From: Patescibacteria group bacterium
Lineage (GTDB): Bacteria; Patescibacteriota; Minisyncoccia; Phycocordibacterales; UBA1539
DNA: 41,049 bases
Reading direction: 5' to 3'
NCBI GenBank assembly: GCA_036985875.1
Contig: BTQM01000002.1
Location: 1 to 41,049, forward strand
Shown: positions 25,159 through 33,381 of the stretch, one piece after another
How positions within the stretch are numbered: position 1 is the first letter of the stretch
Layout of the letters: the number at the start of each line of letters is the position of its first letter
The notes under the pieces: generated by a model
What the model was told of the DNA's origin: nothing
Database searches by the model: none
Seen by the model: the letters and a program-made list of their open reading frames with translations, nothing else
Translations under genes and position numbers: made by a program

Positions 25159-25776
25159 ATGATCACGGGACCAAAATATAAAATTTGCAGACGTTTAGGG
25201 TCTGGAGTATTTGAAAAATGCCAGACTCCAAAATTCGCGCTTGCTGAAGACCGTCACCACAGAAATAAAAGGCGCGGCAGAAGGAGGAAAAATCTTTCCG
25301 ATTTCGCGCTTCAATTGCTTGAAAAACAAAAGATGAGATACACATACGGGGTTACCGAAAAGCAATTCTCAAATTATGTAAAAGAGGCGTTAGCCAAGCG
25401 TGGCGTTAACGCCACCGAAAGGTTGCACGAACATCTTGAGACAAGGCTTGATAATGTCGTTTTCCTTCTGGGATTTGCGAAAACGCGCCCGGCTGCACGA
25501 CAAATGATTTCTCATGGCCATATCGCCATAAACGGCAAACGATTGAACATCCCTTCTTACAAAGTGGGAGTGGGTAATGTTTTAAGTATAATAGAGAGAA
25601 GTAAGAATAAGCCGCTATTTAATGGCCTGCCTTTGCGACTGAAAAAACACAAGGTTCCGTCGTGGATCAAACTTGACGCAGAGAACATTGAGGGAGTCAT
25701 GCTTGACAAGCCAAAACCGGACAAGGACAGAGCAGCGTTTGATCTTATTTCAATAATAGAATTCTACAGCAGATAA
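25159..25776 (+). CDS. rpsD: 30S ribosomal protein S4
   Basis: Motifs: GPKYKICRRLG and LE.RLDNVVF..GFA.TR..ARQ...HGHI..NG (S4 domain). Confidence 0.95.
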   Translation: MITGPKYKICRRLGSGVFEKCQTPKFALAEDRHHRNKRRGRRRKNLSDFALQLLEKQKMRYTYGVTEKQFSNYVKEALAKRGVNATERLHEHLETRLDNVVFLLGFAKTRPAARQMISHGHIAINGKRLNIPSYKVGVGNVLSIIERSKNKPLFNGLPLRLKKHKVPSWIKLDAENIEGVMLDKPKPDKDRAAFDLISIIEFYSR

Positions 25777-25832
25777 TGGGCGAGAGGACGCGCGGCTTAA
25801 TTGGCTTTTGGTCGATAAGCCAATGATATCAT

Positions 25833-25860
25833 TTGCAATTTTTAAAAAATGTGATATGGT
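25833..25860 (+). promoter_or_regulatory. Promoter TTGCAA-16-(TGa)TATGGT inside the 213-nt rpsD-rpoA spacer
   Basis: -35 at 25833-25838, -10 at 25855-25860. Downstream lies the hairpin GCATATCAA-(15)-TTGATATGC. A second CATAAT at 25977-25982 lies 7 nt before the rpoA ATG. Confidence 0.4.
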
Positions 25861-25989
25861 TTATCAGCTAAGTCTTGCATATCAAGGGGTATTAGGTCTT
25901 TTGATATGCGGTCGTTCGAACGGAACGAAGATATCTCAGCTTGCGCTGTTTAATTTTCATTCCGCTCCTCGCTAGACATAATAAAAAAT

Positions 25990-26976
25990 ATGCTTGATCA
26001 TAATATTATTTTACCATCCAAGCCAAGAGTGGTATCCGAAGAAAAATTTAGCGGAGTATATGAAATAGACGGTCTTTATCCCGGGTATGGCCACACCCTC
26101 GGTAATTCATTGCGAAGAATAATACTCTCATCTCTCCCCGGGGCAGCGATCACATCCGTAAAGATCGATGGCGTCCAGCACGAGTTTTCTACGATAGAGG
26201 GCGTTAAGGAGGACGTGATCACCATCCTCCTTAATTTAAAGAAAGTAAGGTTTAGCCTCTCAACCGACGAACCGCAAGTGGTTTCCTTGTCGATAAAAGG
26301 TATAAAGTCTGTTGTCGCTGGAGACATCAAGGTGCCGGGTCAGGTTGATGTGCTTAATAAAGATCTCCACATTGCAGACATTACAGACAAAAAAACCTCT
26401 CTCAACATAGAAATGACTGTAGAAAAGGGACTCGGATATGTCCCGAAAGAAGTAATGCGAAAAGAGAAAATAGAAGTTGGGTCCATCGCACTTGACGCCA
26501 TCTTCACTCCCATACGAAGAGTCAACTACGAAGTAGAAGGCATGCGAGTGGGAGAGAGGACGGATTACAACAGGCTTAAAATCTCAATTGAAACAGACGG
26601 GACGCTGTCTCCACGAGAGGCACTTGAGAGATCGGTGGAGATAATGATAAATCAACTCAAGGCAATAGTTGGATTCAAAGAGGAAGAGGAGGCAAGCGGG
26701 GAGGAGGCAGAAGAAGAGGAAGCAGAAGAGGACGGCATTGAAGCACGACAGAGAGAAAGCCGGGGAAGTATCGACAACGAGACATTGAAGATAAGGATTG
26801 ACGGTCTGGGACTTTCCACCAGAACACTCAACGCACTCTCTGGAGCAAATATCAGAACCGTGGGGGGACTTGCACGCAAGAAGGAGAAAGACCTACTAAG
26901 CCTTGAGGGATTAGGCAGGAAAGGGATTCAAGAGATCAAAAGAGCGCTCTCCAACTTCGGTATCATTCTGAGTTAG
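25990..26976 (+). CDS. rpoA: DNA-directed RNA polymerase subunit alpha
   Basis: NTD motifs (GYGHTLGN.LRR.LLS...G.A) and a CTD HhH (LGLSTRTLNAL...NIRTVGGL). The inter-domain linker is unusually long and acidic (res 231-256). Confidence 0.95.
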   Translation: MLDHNIILPSKPRVVSEEKFSGVYEIDGLYPGYGHTLGNSLRRIILSSLPGAAITSVKIDGVQHEFSTIEGVKEDVITILLNLKKVRFSLSTDEPQVVSLSIKGIKSVVAGDIKVPGQVDVLNKDLHIADITDKKTSLNIEMTVEKGLGYVPKEVMRKEKIEVGSIALDAIFTPIRRVNYEVEGMRVGERTDYNRLKISIETDGTLSPREALERSVEIMINQLKAIVGFKEEEEASGEEAEEEEAEEDGIEARQRESRGSIDNETLKIRIDGLGLSTRTLNALSGANIRTVGGLARKKEKDLLSLEGLGRKGIQEIKRALSNFGIILS

Positions 26977-27066
26977 TGGGCAGTCATCAGTCAGCGAGAG
27001 ACTGATAGTATGCCACGTGCGCAATTTTCTCTGCAAACTATTCACTAGTAAATACCGACTAGAAAT
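26977..27066 (+). promoter_or_regulatory. Structured leader, copy B (upstream of rplQ), paralogous to 24593-24692
   Basis: Contains TATGCCACGTGCGC (27009-27022). Helix 26989-27001/27028-27039. Alternative local hairpin 26986-26992/27000-27006. No SD. Confidence 0.5.
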
Positions 27067-27420
27067 ATGAAGCATCACAAGTCAATCAGAAAATTCGGAA
27101 GAAAAACAAATCAAAGGGTGGCGCTTCTAAGATTGCTTGCCCTTGCCTTGATCAGCAATGGCAAAATAACGACCACGGAAGCAAAAGCAAAGGAGCTTCG
27201 CCCCTTTATTGAAAAACTTATTACAAAAGGAGGTGCGGGTACGCTTGCCTCAAGGAGACTTGTAATATCAAGATTGGGAGGAAACACAGCAGGGGCAAAA
27301 AGGCTTGTTGACGAGATATCTTCGCGCTATAAAGAAAGGCGTGGGGGATATACGAGAATCGTGAAATTATCCCCGCGAGAAAAAGACGGGAGCAAGATGG
27401 CAATAATAGAGTTCGTTTAG
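27067..27420 (+). CDS. rplQ: 50S ribosomal protein L17
   Basis: Motifs: MKHHKSIRKFGRKTNQR.ALLR.L...L and GGYTRI.KL..R.GD. Confidence 0.95.
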   Translation: MKHHKSIRKFGRKTNQRVALLRLLALALISNGKITTTEAKAKELRPFIEKLITKGGAGTLASRRLVISRLGGNTAGAKRLVDEISSRYKERRGGYTRIVKLSPREKDGSKMAIIEFV

Positions 27421-27498
27421 GAAAATAGCGATTCGTCTCCACCAACAAGGTGCATGACGGAAAAATATTTTTCTTATTGTTCACTAAGAAAATTTATC

Positions 27499-27846
27499 AT
27501 GGAACATAAAATCGACGCGACAGATAGACCAATAGGTAGGGTAGCCACGGAAGCTGCCATTGTTCTGAGGGGCAAGAACACTGTTCAATTCCAAAGGAAC
27601 ATCGCCCCTTCAGTGAAGGTGGAGATCGTGAATGCTTCCAAAGCGACCGGCTTTAATCCTAAAAAGATGCAAGAAAAGACATATAAACGCTTTTCGGGCT
27701 ATCCAGGGGGGCTTAAAATAATCACTATGGAGAGGATCATAGAAAAAAAGGGGTACGGGGAAGTGTTTAGAAAAGCGGTGTACGGCATGCTCCCGGCAAA
27801 TAAGTTGAGAAAAATAATGATGAAGAATCTAACTGTTGCGGAATGA
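27499..27846 (+). CDS. rplM: 50S ribosomal protein L13 (short, 115 aa)
   Basis: ORF 27454..27846 trimmed to MEHKIDATDRPIGRVATEAAIVLRGK... Motifs: Y.R.SGYPGGLK and GMLP.N.L. Confidence 0.9.
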   Translation: MEHKIDATDRPIGRVATEAAIVLRGKNTVQFQRNIAPSVKVEIVNASKATGFNPKKMQEKTYKRFSGYPGGLKIITMERIIEKKGYGEVFRKAVYGMLPANKLRKIMMKNLTVAE

Positions 27847-28325
27847 TAAAAAACATGACAAAAAAAACAAGTATCACTAAGACGGTGGCAAAAAGGAAGA
27901 AGGCTGTAAAGAAGACTTCTAAGCCATCGCCGGTCAGCCGTTACATTGAAGCCGTGGGGAGAAGAAAAACTGCAGTAGCGCGCGTTAGAATAACAGAAGC
28001 CACAAAGACCAATTTCGTCATCAACGATAAAGATTTGCATTCCTACTTTCCCACAGACGAACTAAGGTCGATCGTACGTGACGCACTTTCTAAATCTAAA
28101 GTTTCAACCAAATTCAATGTAAGTGGACTCGTAAAGGGAGGTGGAATACATGCGCAAGCCCAAGCGATGCGACATGGAATTGCAAGGGCATTAGTCTCTC
28201 ATGACAAGGAAATCCGTGGTAAGATTAAAAAGCTGGGGTTTCTCAAGCGTGATCCAAGGGTAAAAGAGCGCAAGAAGCCCGGTTTGAAAAAGGCGCGAAA
28301 AGCTGCACAGTGGTCAAAGCGATAG
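27843..28325 (+). CDS. rpsI: 30S ribosomal protein S9 with a Lys-rich N-terminal extension
   Basis: ATGA overlap with rplM. Motifs: GRRKTAVARV, GGG..AQA.A.RHGIARAL, and a ...KKARKAAQWSKR end. Confidence 0.9.
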   Translation: MIKNMTKKTSITKTVAKRKKAVKKTSKPSPVSRYIEAVGRRKTAVARVRITEATKTNFVINDKDLHSYFPTDELRSIVRDALSKSKVSTKFNVSGLVKGGGIHAQAQAMRHGIARALVSHDKEIRGKIKKLGFLKRDPRVKERKKPGLKKARKAAQWSKR

Positions 28326-28408
28326 CCGGTCAACCCCAACTACAACATCTCTTATTGCAAGAAGGACGCGGATCATTTGACAATAAATGGTGAATATTTA
28401 TCTTATAT

Positions 28409-28987
28409 ATGACAATGACAGGAAAACAAAAAGGGAACAAAAGGGACGCACAAGAAAATGAGGATGTCACTATTGAGGCTATAGAAGAAGATCCCGCTGG
28501 TTCAATAAAAAAGTTGCGGGAAAAGCTTAAGAGTTGTACGAAAGAGAAGCGGGAATATTTGGAGGGCTGGCAAAGGGCAAAGGCGGATTTCATAAACGCG
28601 AAAAAGGGAAACGAAGCACGAGTAAAAGAATTGTCCGATTTTGCCAAAGAAGAGCTTATTACGGACATCCTCCCGGCCATAGATAGTTTTGAAATGGCAT
28701 TTGCCGATACGAAAACGTGGGAGGCGGTGGAGAAGAACTGGCGGAAAGGAATAGAATACATACATTCTCAATTGCTTGCCGCGCTGGAAAGCAATGGATT
28801 GAAGCAAACAGACCCGAGAGGTGAAACATTCAATCCAGCCCTACACAGCTCTGTTGAACTTGTTAAAACAAACACAAAGGCGGATGACGGGAAAGTGGTG
28901 GAGGTCGTTCAAAAAGGGTATGAGTTGAACGGTAAGATAGTGCGCGCAGCAAAAGTCAAAGTGGGACAATATGATGATACAAAATGA
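28409..28987 (+). CDS. grpE: Nucleotide exchange factor GrpE
   Basis: Motif: ...YLEGWQRAKADF.N.KK..........A.......LP..DSFE.A; C-terminal beta domain with V...GY.L.G...R.A.V.V. Confidence 0.9.
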   Translation: MTMTGKQKGNKRDAQENEDVTIEAIEEDPAGSIKKLREKLKSCTKEKREYLEGWQRAKADFINAKKGNEARVKELSDFAKEELITDILPAIDSFEMAFADTKTWEAVEKNWRKGIEYIHSQLLAALESNGLKQTDPRGETFNPALHSSVELVKTNTKADDGKVVEVVQKGYELNGKIVRAAKVKVGQYDDTK

Positions 28988-29029
28988 TTTTCCAAATTTT
29001 AATTTAGAAGTTTAATTTTTTTAAAAACC

Positions 29030-30985
29030 ATGAACAAAATATTAGGCATAGATCTGGGTACAACAAATTCGGCGATGGCGATCATAGAAGGAGGGGAGCC
29101 AAAAATAATAGAGAGCACGGAGGGCGCGCGAACCACCCCCTCCGTAATCGCGCTTTCTAAATCCGGAGAACGCTTAGCAGGTCTTCTAGCGAAAAGACAA
29201 GCAGTTACGAACCCTGAAAACACTCTGTCTGGCATTAAGCGTCTCATCGGACATAAGTTTGATGACAAAGCCGTACAGCGCGACAAGGAACATGCGTCGT
29301 TTACCATAGAGAAGAGTGACGATGGCGGTGTAAAGGTGAAGATGGGCGACAAACTATATCGTCCGGAAGAAATTTCCGCGATGCTTCTCCAGAAATTCAA
29401 ACAAGACGCGGAGGGTAAGCTCGGTGAGAAAATCACCGAAGCGGTTATCACCGTGCCTGCGTATTTTGATGATGCACAGAGAAAAGCAACGAAAGATGCC
29501 GGACATATCGCCGGATTTGACGTGAAGAGAATAATCAACGAGCCGACAGCGGCAGCGCTCGCGTACGGTTTTAATAAAAAGAAAAACGAGCAGATCGCGG
29601 TGTATGACTTCGGTGGCGGCACGTTTGATATTTCCATCCTTGAGGTCGGCGATGACGTAATCGAGGTCAAGTCAACCGACGGTGATTCCCATATGGGCGG
29701 GGAAGATATTGATCAGGAGGTCGTCCGCTGGATCGCGGACGAATTTAAAAAAGAGTCTGGCATTGACATCACAAAGGACGTACTCGCTCTGCAGCGGTTA
29801 AAAGAGGCGGCGGAAAAAGCAAAGCATGAGCTCTCAACTACCACCGAAACGGAAATAAATATTCCGTTCATCACCTCGGATGCTTCAGGACCCAAACACC
29901 TGCTCCTGAAGCTCACAAGGGCACAGCTTGAAGAACTTGCGCGAGTATACATAGAGAAATCCATTGAGATCACAAAAAGAGCGATTGACGCCTCGCCGTT
30001 TAGCGTCTCGGACATTGACGAGATCATCTTGGTAGGAGGACAGACGAGAATGCCCGCGATCATAGAGGCCGTGAAAAAGCTCTTTGGGAAAGAACCAAAC
30101 AAGTCCATCAACCCTGACGAAGTTGTCGCAATGGGTGCCGCGATACAAGCGGGAATACTGCAGGGAGACGTAAAGGATGTCCTCCTTCTTGACGTTATCC
30201 CTCTTTCTCTGGGAATTGAGACGATGGGCGGTGTTGCAACAAAATTGATCGAGAAAAATACAACCATCCCCGCGTCAAAATCGCAGATATTTTCAACGGC
30301 TGCGGACAATCAAACCTCCGTTGAGGTACATGTTGTGCAGGGAGAGAGACCCATGGCAACGGACAATAAGAGTTTGGGGAAGTTTATCCTGGACGGCGTT
30401 CCGCCCGCGCCGCGCGGCACTCCGCAGGTGGAGGTTTCATTTGATATTGACGCGAACGGGATACTGAACGTAAAAGCAAAAGATAAGATGAGTGGCAAAG
30501 AGCAGTCAATAAAAATAGAGGCGAGTAGCGGGCTTTCGGACGAAGATATTGAAAAAATGAAAGAAGATGCCTCGGCGCACGAAGAGGAAGACAAGAAAAA
30601 AAGGGAGTTAGCGGAACTAAAAAACATGGCACAACAACTTACATATACGGCAGAAAAGGCATTAAAAGACGCCGGCGACAAAGTTTCTGCAGACGTGAAG
30701 TTGTCGGTGGAAGAAAAGATCTCTCTCCTTAAAAAAGCAGCAGAAGTAAAAGAAGGCAAGGAGGTGGATCCGGAAGACATACGAAAGGCGTCGGAAGAGC
30801 TATCCACGGAGATGCAAAAAATAGGGGAAGCAATGAAGGCGGCGCAAGAGAACGAGTCGCACGGGAATGAAAAACAGGGCGAGAAACAGGCGGAAACTGG
30901 CAGTGAAGAGAAGGACACCAAGATAAAAGACGCGGAATACGAAGAGGGGGGTGGGGGCAAAGGTGAGGAAGACAAAAAAGCCTAG
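29030..30985 (+). CDS. dnaK: Molecular chaperone DnaK (Hsp70)
   Basis: Motifs: [25 protein letters not shown], and an acidic Gly-rich tail. Confidence 0.97.
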   Translation: MNKILGIDLGTTNSAMAIIEGGEPKIIESTEGARTTPSVIALSKSGERLAGLLAKRQAVTNPENTLSGIKRLIGHKFDDKAVQRDKEHASFTIEKSDDGGVKVKMGDKLYRPEEISAMLLQKFKQDAEGKLGEKITEAVITVPAYFDDAQRKATKDAGHIAGFDVKRIINEPTAAALAYGFNKKKNEQIAVYDFGGGTFDISILEVGDDVIEVKSTDGDSHMGGEDIDQEVVRWIADEFKKESGIDITKDVLALQRLKEAAEKAKHELSTTTETEINIPFITSDASGPKHLLLKLTRAQLEELARVYIEKSIEITKRAIDASPFSVSDIDEIILVGGQTRMPAIIEAVKKLFGKEPNKSINPDEVVAMGAAIQAGILQGDVKDVLLLDVIPLSLGIETMGGVATKLIEKNTTIPASKSQIFSTAADNQTSVEVHVVQGERPMATDNKSLGKFILDGVPPAPRGTPQVEVSFDIDANGILNVKAKDKMSGKEQSIKIEASSGLSDEDIEKMKEDASAHEEEDKKKRELAELKNMAQQLTYTAEKALKDAGDKVSADVKLSVEEKISLLKKAAEVKEGKEVDPEDIRKASEELSTEMQKIGEAMKAAQENESHGNEKQGEKQAETGSEEKDTKIKDAEYEEGGGGKGEEDKKA

Positions 30986-31029
30986 GGCTTGTCTGGAGCA
31001 TGTCTAAAAAGTGATATACTATATCCGTT

Positions 31030-32091
31030 ATGACAAAAAATTATTACAACATTCTTGGCGTTAACAAGAAAGCGTCAAAAGAAGAAATAAAAAAAGCATT
31101 TCGCCGTCTTGCGCACAAACATCATCCGGACAAAAAAGGCGGTAACGAGGTTAAGTTCAAGGAGATCAACGAAGCATATCAGGTTCTATCCGATGACAAA
31201 AAAAGGACGGAGTATGATTCTTACGGACAGGTATTCGGCGGAAGTCCGTTCGGGGATGCATCAGGATTTGATCATTCCGGATTTCGCGGGGCCGGAGGGG
31301 GATTTGAGGATATTGATCTTGGGGATATTTTCAGCGAATTTTTTGGCGGAGGAAGAAGGAGCAGGGTAAAAAGAGGAAGAGATATATCGGTGGATTTGAA
31401 AATTTCCTTTGAGGAGTCCGTGTTCGGCACGGAAAGAAAGGTGCTGCTCAATAAAATTTCCACGTGCGGAACATGTCAGGGAAGTGGCGCAAAGACTGGC
31501 ACTTCTTTGAAAAAATGTGAGAAGTGTGGCGGAGGAGGAAGCGTGCGCGAGATGAAACGATCTATATTCGGCACGTTCACAAGCGTGGTGGAGTGTGGCG
31601 CGTGTCAAGGCGCAGGCGAAATTCCCAAAGAACCGTGCAAAGAGTGCATGGGTGCGGGCGTTCTAAAAAAACAAGAGGAGGTTACCATAAAGATCCCTGC
31701 AGGAATTGAAAATGGGGAGATGATAAGGCTCTCCGGTGGCGGAGAAGCGATACCAAGGGGTGTCGCGGGTGATTTGTACATAAAGATTTACGTAAGCACG
31801 CACCCCGTATTCAAGAGATCGGGCAACGATCTCCTTATGAACCTGAACATCAAGCTGACCGATGCCCTTCTGGGAAGCGAATACGCAATAACCACACTGG
31901 ATGGGAACCTGAAACTCAAAATCCCTAAAGGCACTCTCTTCGGCGAAACGCTCCGCATCAGAGGAAAAGGAATCCCAGTCGGCGGCAAGAAAAGAGGGGA
32001 CCTGCTTGTGAAACTCAATATAAAAATGCCAACCAAACTTTCGCGAAAGGCCGAGAAACTCATAAAAGAACTCGGGGGGGAAGGAGTGTAA
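31030..32091 (+). CDS. dnaJ: Co-chaperone DnaJ
   Basis: J domain (YY.ILGV...AS..EIKKAFRRLA.K.HPD). G/F region. Four CxxCxGxG zinc motifs. Confidence 0.95.
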   Translation: MTKNYYNILGVNKKASKEEIKKAFRRLAHKHHPDKKGGNEVKFKEINEAYQVLSDDKKRTEYDSYGQVFGGSPFGDASGFDHSGFRGAGGGFEDIDLGDIFSEFFGGGRRSRVKRGRDISVDLKISFEESVFGTERKVLLNKISTCGTCQGSGAKTGTSLKKCEKCGGGGSVREMKRSIFGTFTSVVECGACQGAGEIPKEPCKECMGAGVLKKQEEVTIKIPAGIENGEMIRLSGGGEAIPRGVAGDLYIKIYVSTHPVFKRSGNDLLMNLNIKLTDALLGSEYAITTLDGNLKLKIPKGTLFGETLRIRGKGIPVGGKKRGDLLVKLNIKMPTKLSRKAEKLIKELGGEGV

Positions 32092-32203
32092 CTGCGAAAT
32101 CTCTCCTTGGTATTTCTTGATATATATATATCGACTTGATATTTGAAGTAAGTAAGTGTATATTCAATACAGTTTTGCATCATTGTCCTTTGAAAATATG
32201 GGC

Positions 32204-32252
32204 GACTGAGGCAAGTCTCAGAATAATGCCTGCCAGCCAGCAGGTTTGTTTT
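32204..32252 (+). terminator. Two short hairpins and a T-run downstream of dnaJ
   Basis: CTGAG-gcaagt-CTCAG and CCTGC-cagcca-GCAGG, followed by TTTGTTTT. The stems are only 5 bp. Confidence 0.4.
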
Positions 32253-32305
32253 AGGTTTTCACATATCTAAACCGAGAGGCTAATAAAGGCAAAGAGGGGA
32301 AAACG

Positions 32306-33286
32306 ATGGACAAAATGAATTTCAAACCCAAAAATTCGATAACAAATTACCGGACCTTTCGCCCTCGATACGAAATAAATCGATGGCCATATCTTCTTGC
32401 CTTGCCCATAATGTGGGCATTGACACTGTGGGTACTGATGAAAAAAGGCGCATTGAAAATATTCAGGAAAAAGCCACACATTAACAGCTTTTGGTTTGAT
32501 GGATTAGGGCTTACGTGCAGGGCAATCAAGGAAGGTACCGCTTCGTGGAAAGCACTTGATATCATTTACAATTATCGTTTCCGTCAAAAAGCGGGCTTGA
32601 GAGGGTTCGCGGACGATTTTTGGATAGGAATAATAAACGCTCAAGCAGTCAGAAACAGGCTCAGGCTTGTAAAATATGAGCTTGAAAAGATAGTAGGAGA
32701 GTTTGCTGATTCCAAGATTGTAAAGCTTCCTCCGTGCTTGAAGAACAGGAACAGAATAGCAACGAAAGAAGTAAGAATTTTGTCACTTGGTTCGGGGTCG
32801 GCTCAAGGCATCATTGAGCTTATGACAGAGTTAAAGCCGAGGGGGATAATCATTAAGGCGTTTTTGCTTGATTTGGATCAATCCGCTCTGGAGTATGCCC
32901 AAAAACTCGCAAGGAAGTACGGCGTTGCTGACCAAATTGAAGTATCCTGTACCAAGATAAGTGCAGTAATGTCGGTAGCAGAGAGTTTTAAGCCACATAT
33001 AATTGAGATGTTGGGGCTCCTGGATTACATACCCGAAAAGAAAGCAGTGCGCCTTGTCAGGAAAATACATGACGCACTGCCCAAAAGTGGGGTATTTCTC
33101 ACATGCAATATCCGCCATAATCCTGAGCAATTTTTCCTGGGTATTGTCATCAACTGGTGGATGATTTACAGAACACCAAAAGAATTTGAGGGTATAATAT
33201 CCAAGGGCGGTTTTGGGACTTACAAACTTATTTATGAGCCCCTTAACGTCCACGGCATCGCTATTGCAAGAAAATCCATTGGTTAA
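32306..33286 (+). CDS. Class I SAM-dependent methyltransferase with an N-terminal membrane anchor
   Basis: TM helix (WPYLLALPIMWALTLWVLM). Motif I ILSLGSGSAQG. Acidic post-I LLDLD. Motif IIEMLGLLDY. SD AGAGGGGA upstream. Confidence 0.65.
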   Translation: MDKMNFKPKNSITNYRTFRPRYEINRWPYLLALPIMWALTLWVLMKKGALKIFRKKPHINSFWFDGLGLTCRAIKEGTASWKALDIIYNYRFRQKAGLRGFADDFWIGIINAQAVRNRLRLVKYELEKIVGEFADSKIVKLPPCLKNRNRIATKEVRILSLGSGSAQGIIELMTELKPRGIIIKAFLLDLDQSALEYAQKLARKYGVADQIEVSCTKISAVMSVAESFKPHIIEMLGLLDYIPEKKAVRLVRKIHDALPKSGVFLTCNIRHNPEQFFLGIVINWWMIYRTPKEFEGIISKGGFGTYKLIYEPLNVHGIAIARKSIG

Positions 33287-33304
33287 AACCAATTGGTTAA
33301 AACC
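33278..33304 (+). repeat. Tandem duplication ATTGGTTAAAACC-a-ATTGGTTAAAACC spanning the methyltransferase stop codon
   Basis: Unit 1 is 33278-33290 and contains TAA 33284-33286. Unit 2 is 33292-33304. Confidence 0.8.
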
Positions 33305-33355
33305 GAGGGTTTGCTATAATGTTTGTAAGAACAGTATGGCAACCCTTGGTTTTTT
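33299..33355 (+). terminator. Long-loop hairpin plus T-run after the methyltransferase gene; an extended -10 (TGcTATAAT, 33312-33320) lies inside its loop
   Basis: AAAACCGAGGGTT (33299-33311) pairs with AACCCTTGGTTTT (33341-33353), including one G-U pair, and is followed by TTTTT. TATAAT at 33315-33320 would drive HK1. Confidence 0.45.
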
Positions 33356-33381
33356 GTATGTCTTTTTACTAAATAACAACA

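Noticed and set aside
28326-28408. Expected CIRCE/HrcA operator upstream of grpE-dnaK-dnaJ
   Set aside because: No TTAGCACTC-N9-GAGTGCTAA-like inverted repeat is present, and no hrcA gene precedes grpE. Only a TTGACA box without a well-spaced -10 was seen, so no regulatory call is made.
28999-30975. Minus-strand ORFs of 223, 198 and 221 aa inside dnaK
   Set aside because: These are Ser/Cys/Phe-rich translations antisense to a canonical Hsp70 gene, which is typical of shadow ORFs.
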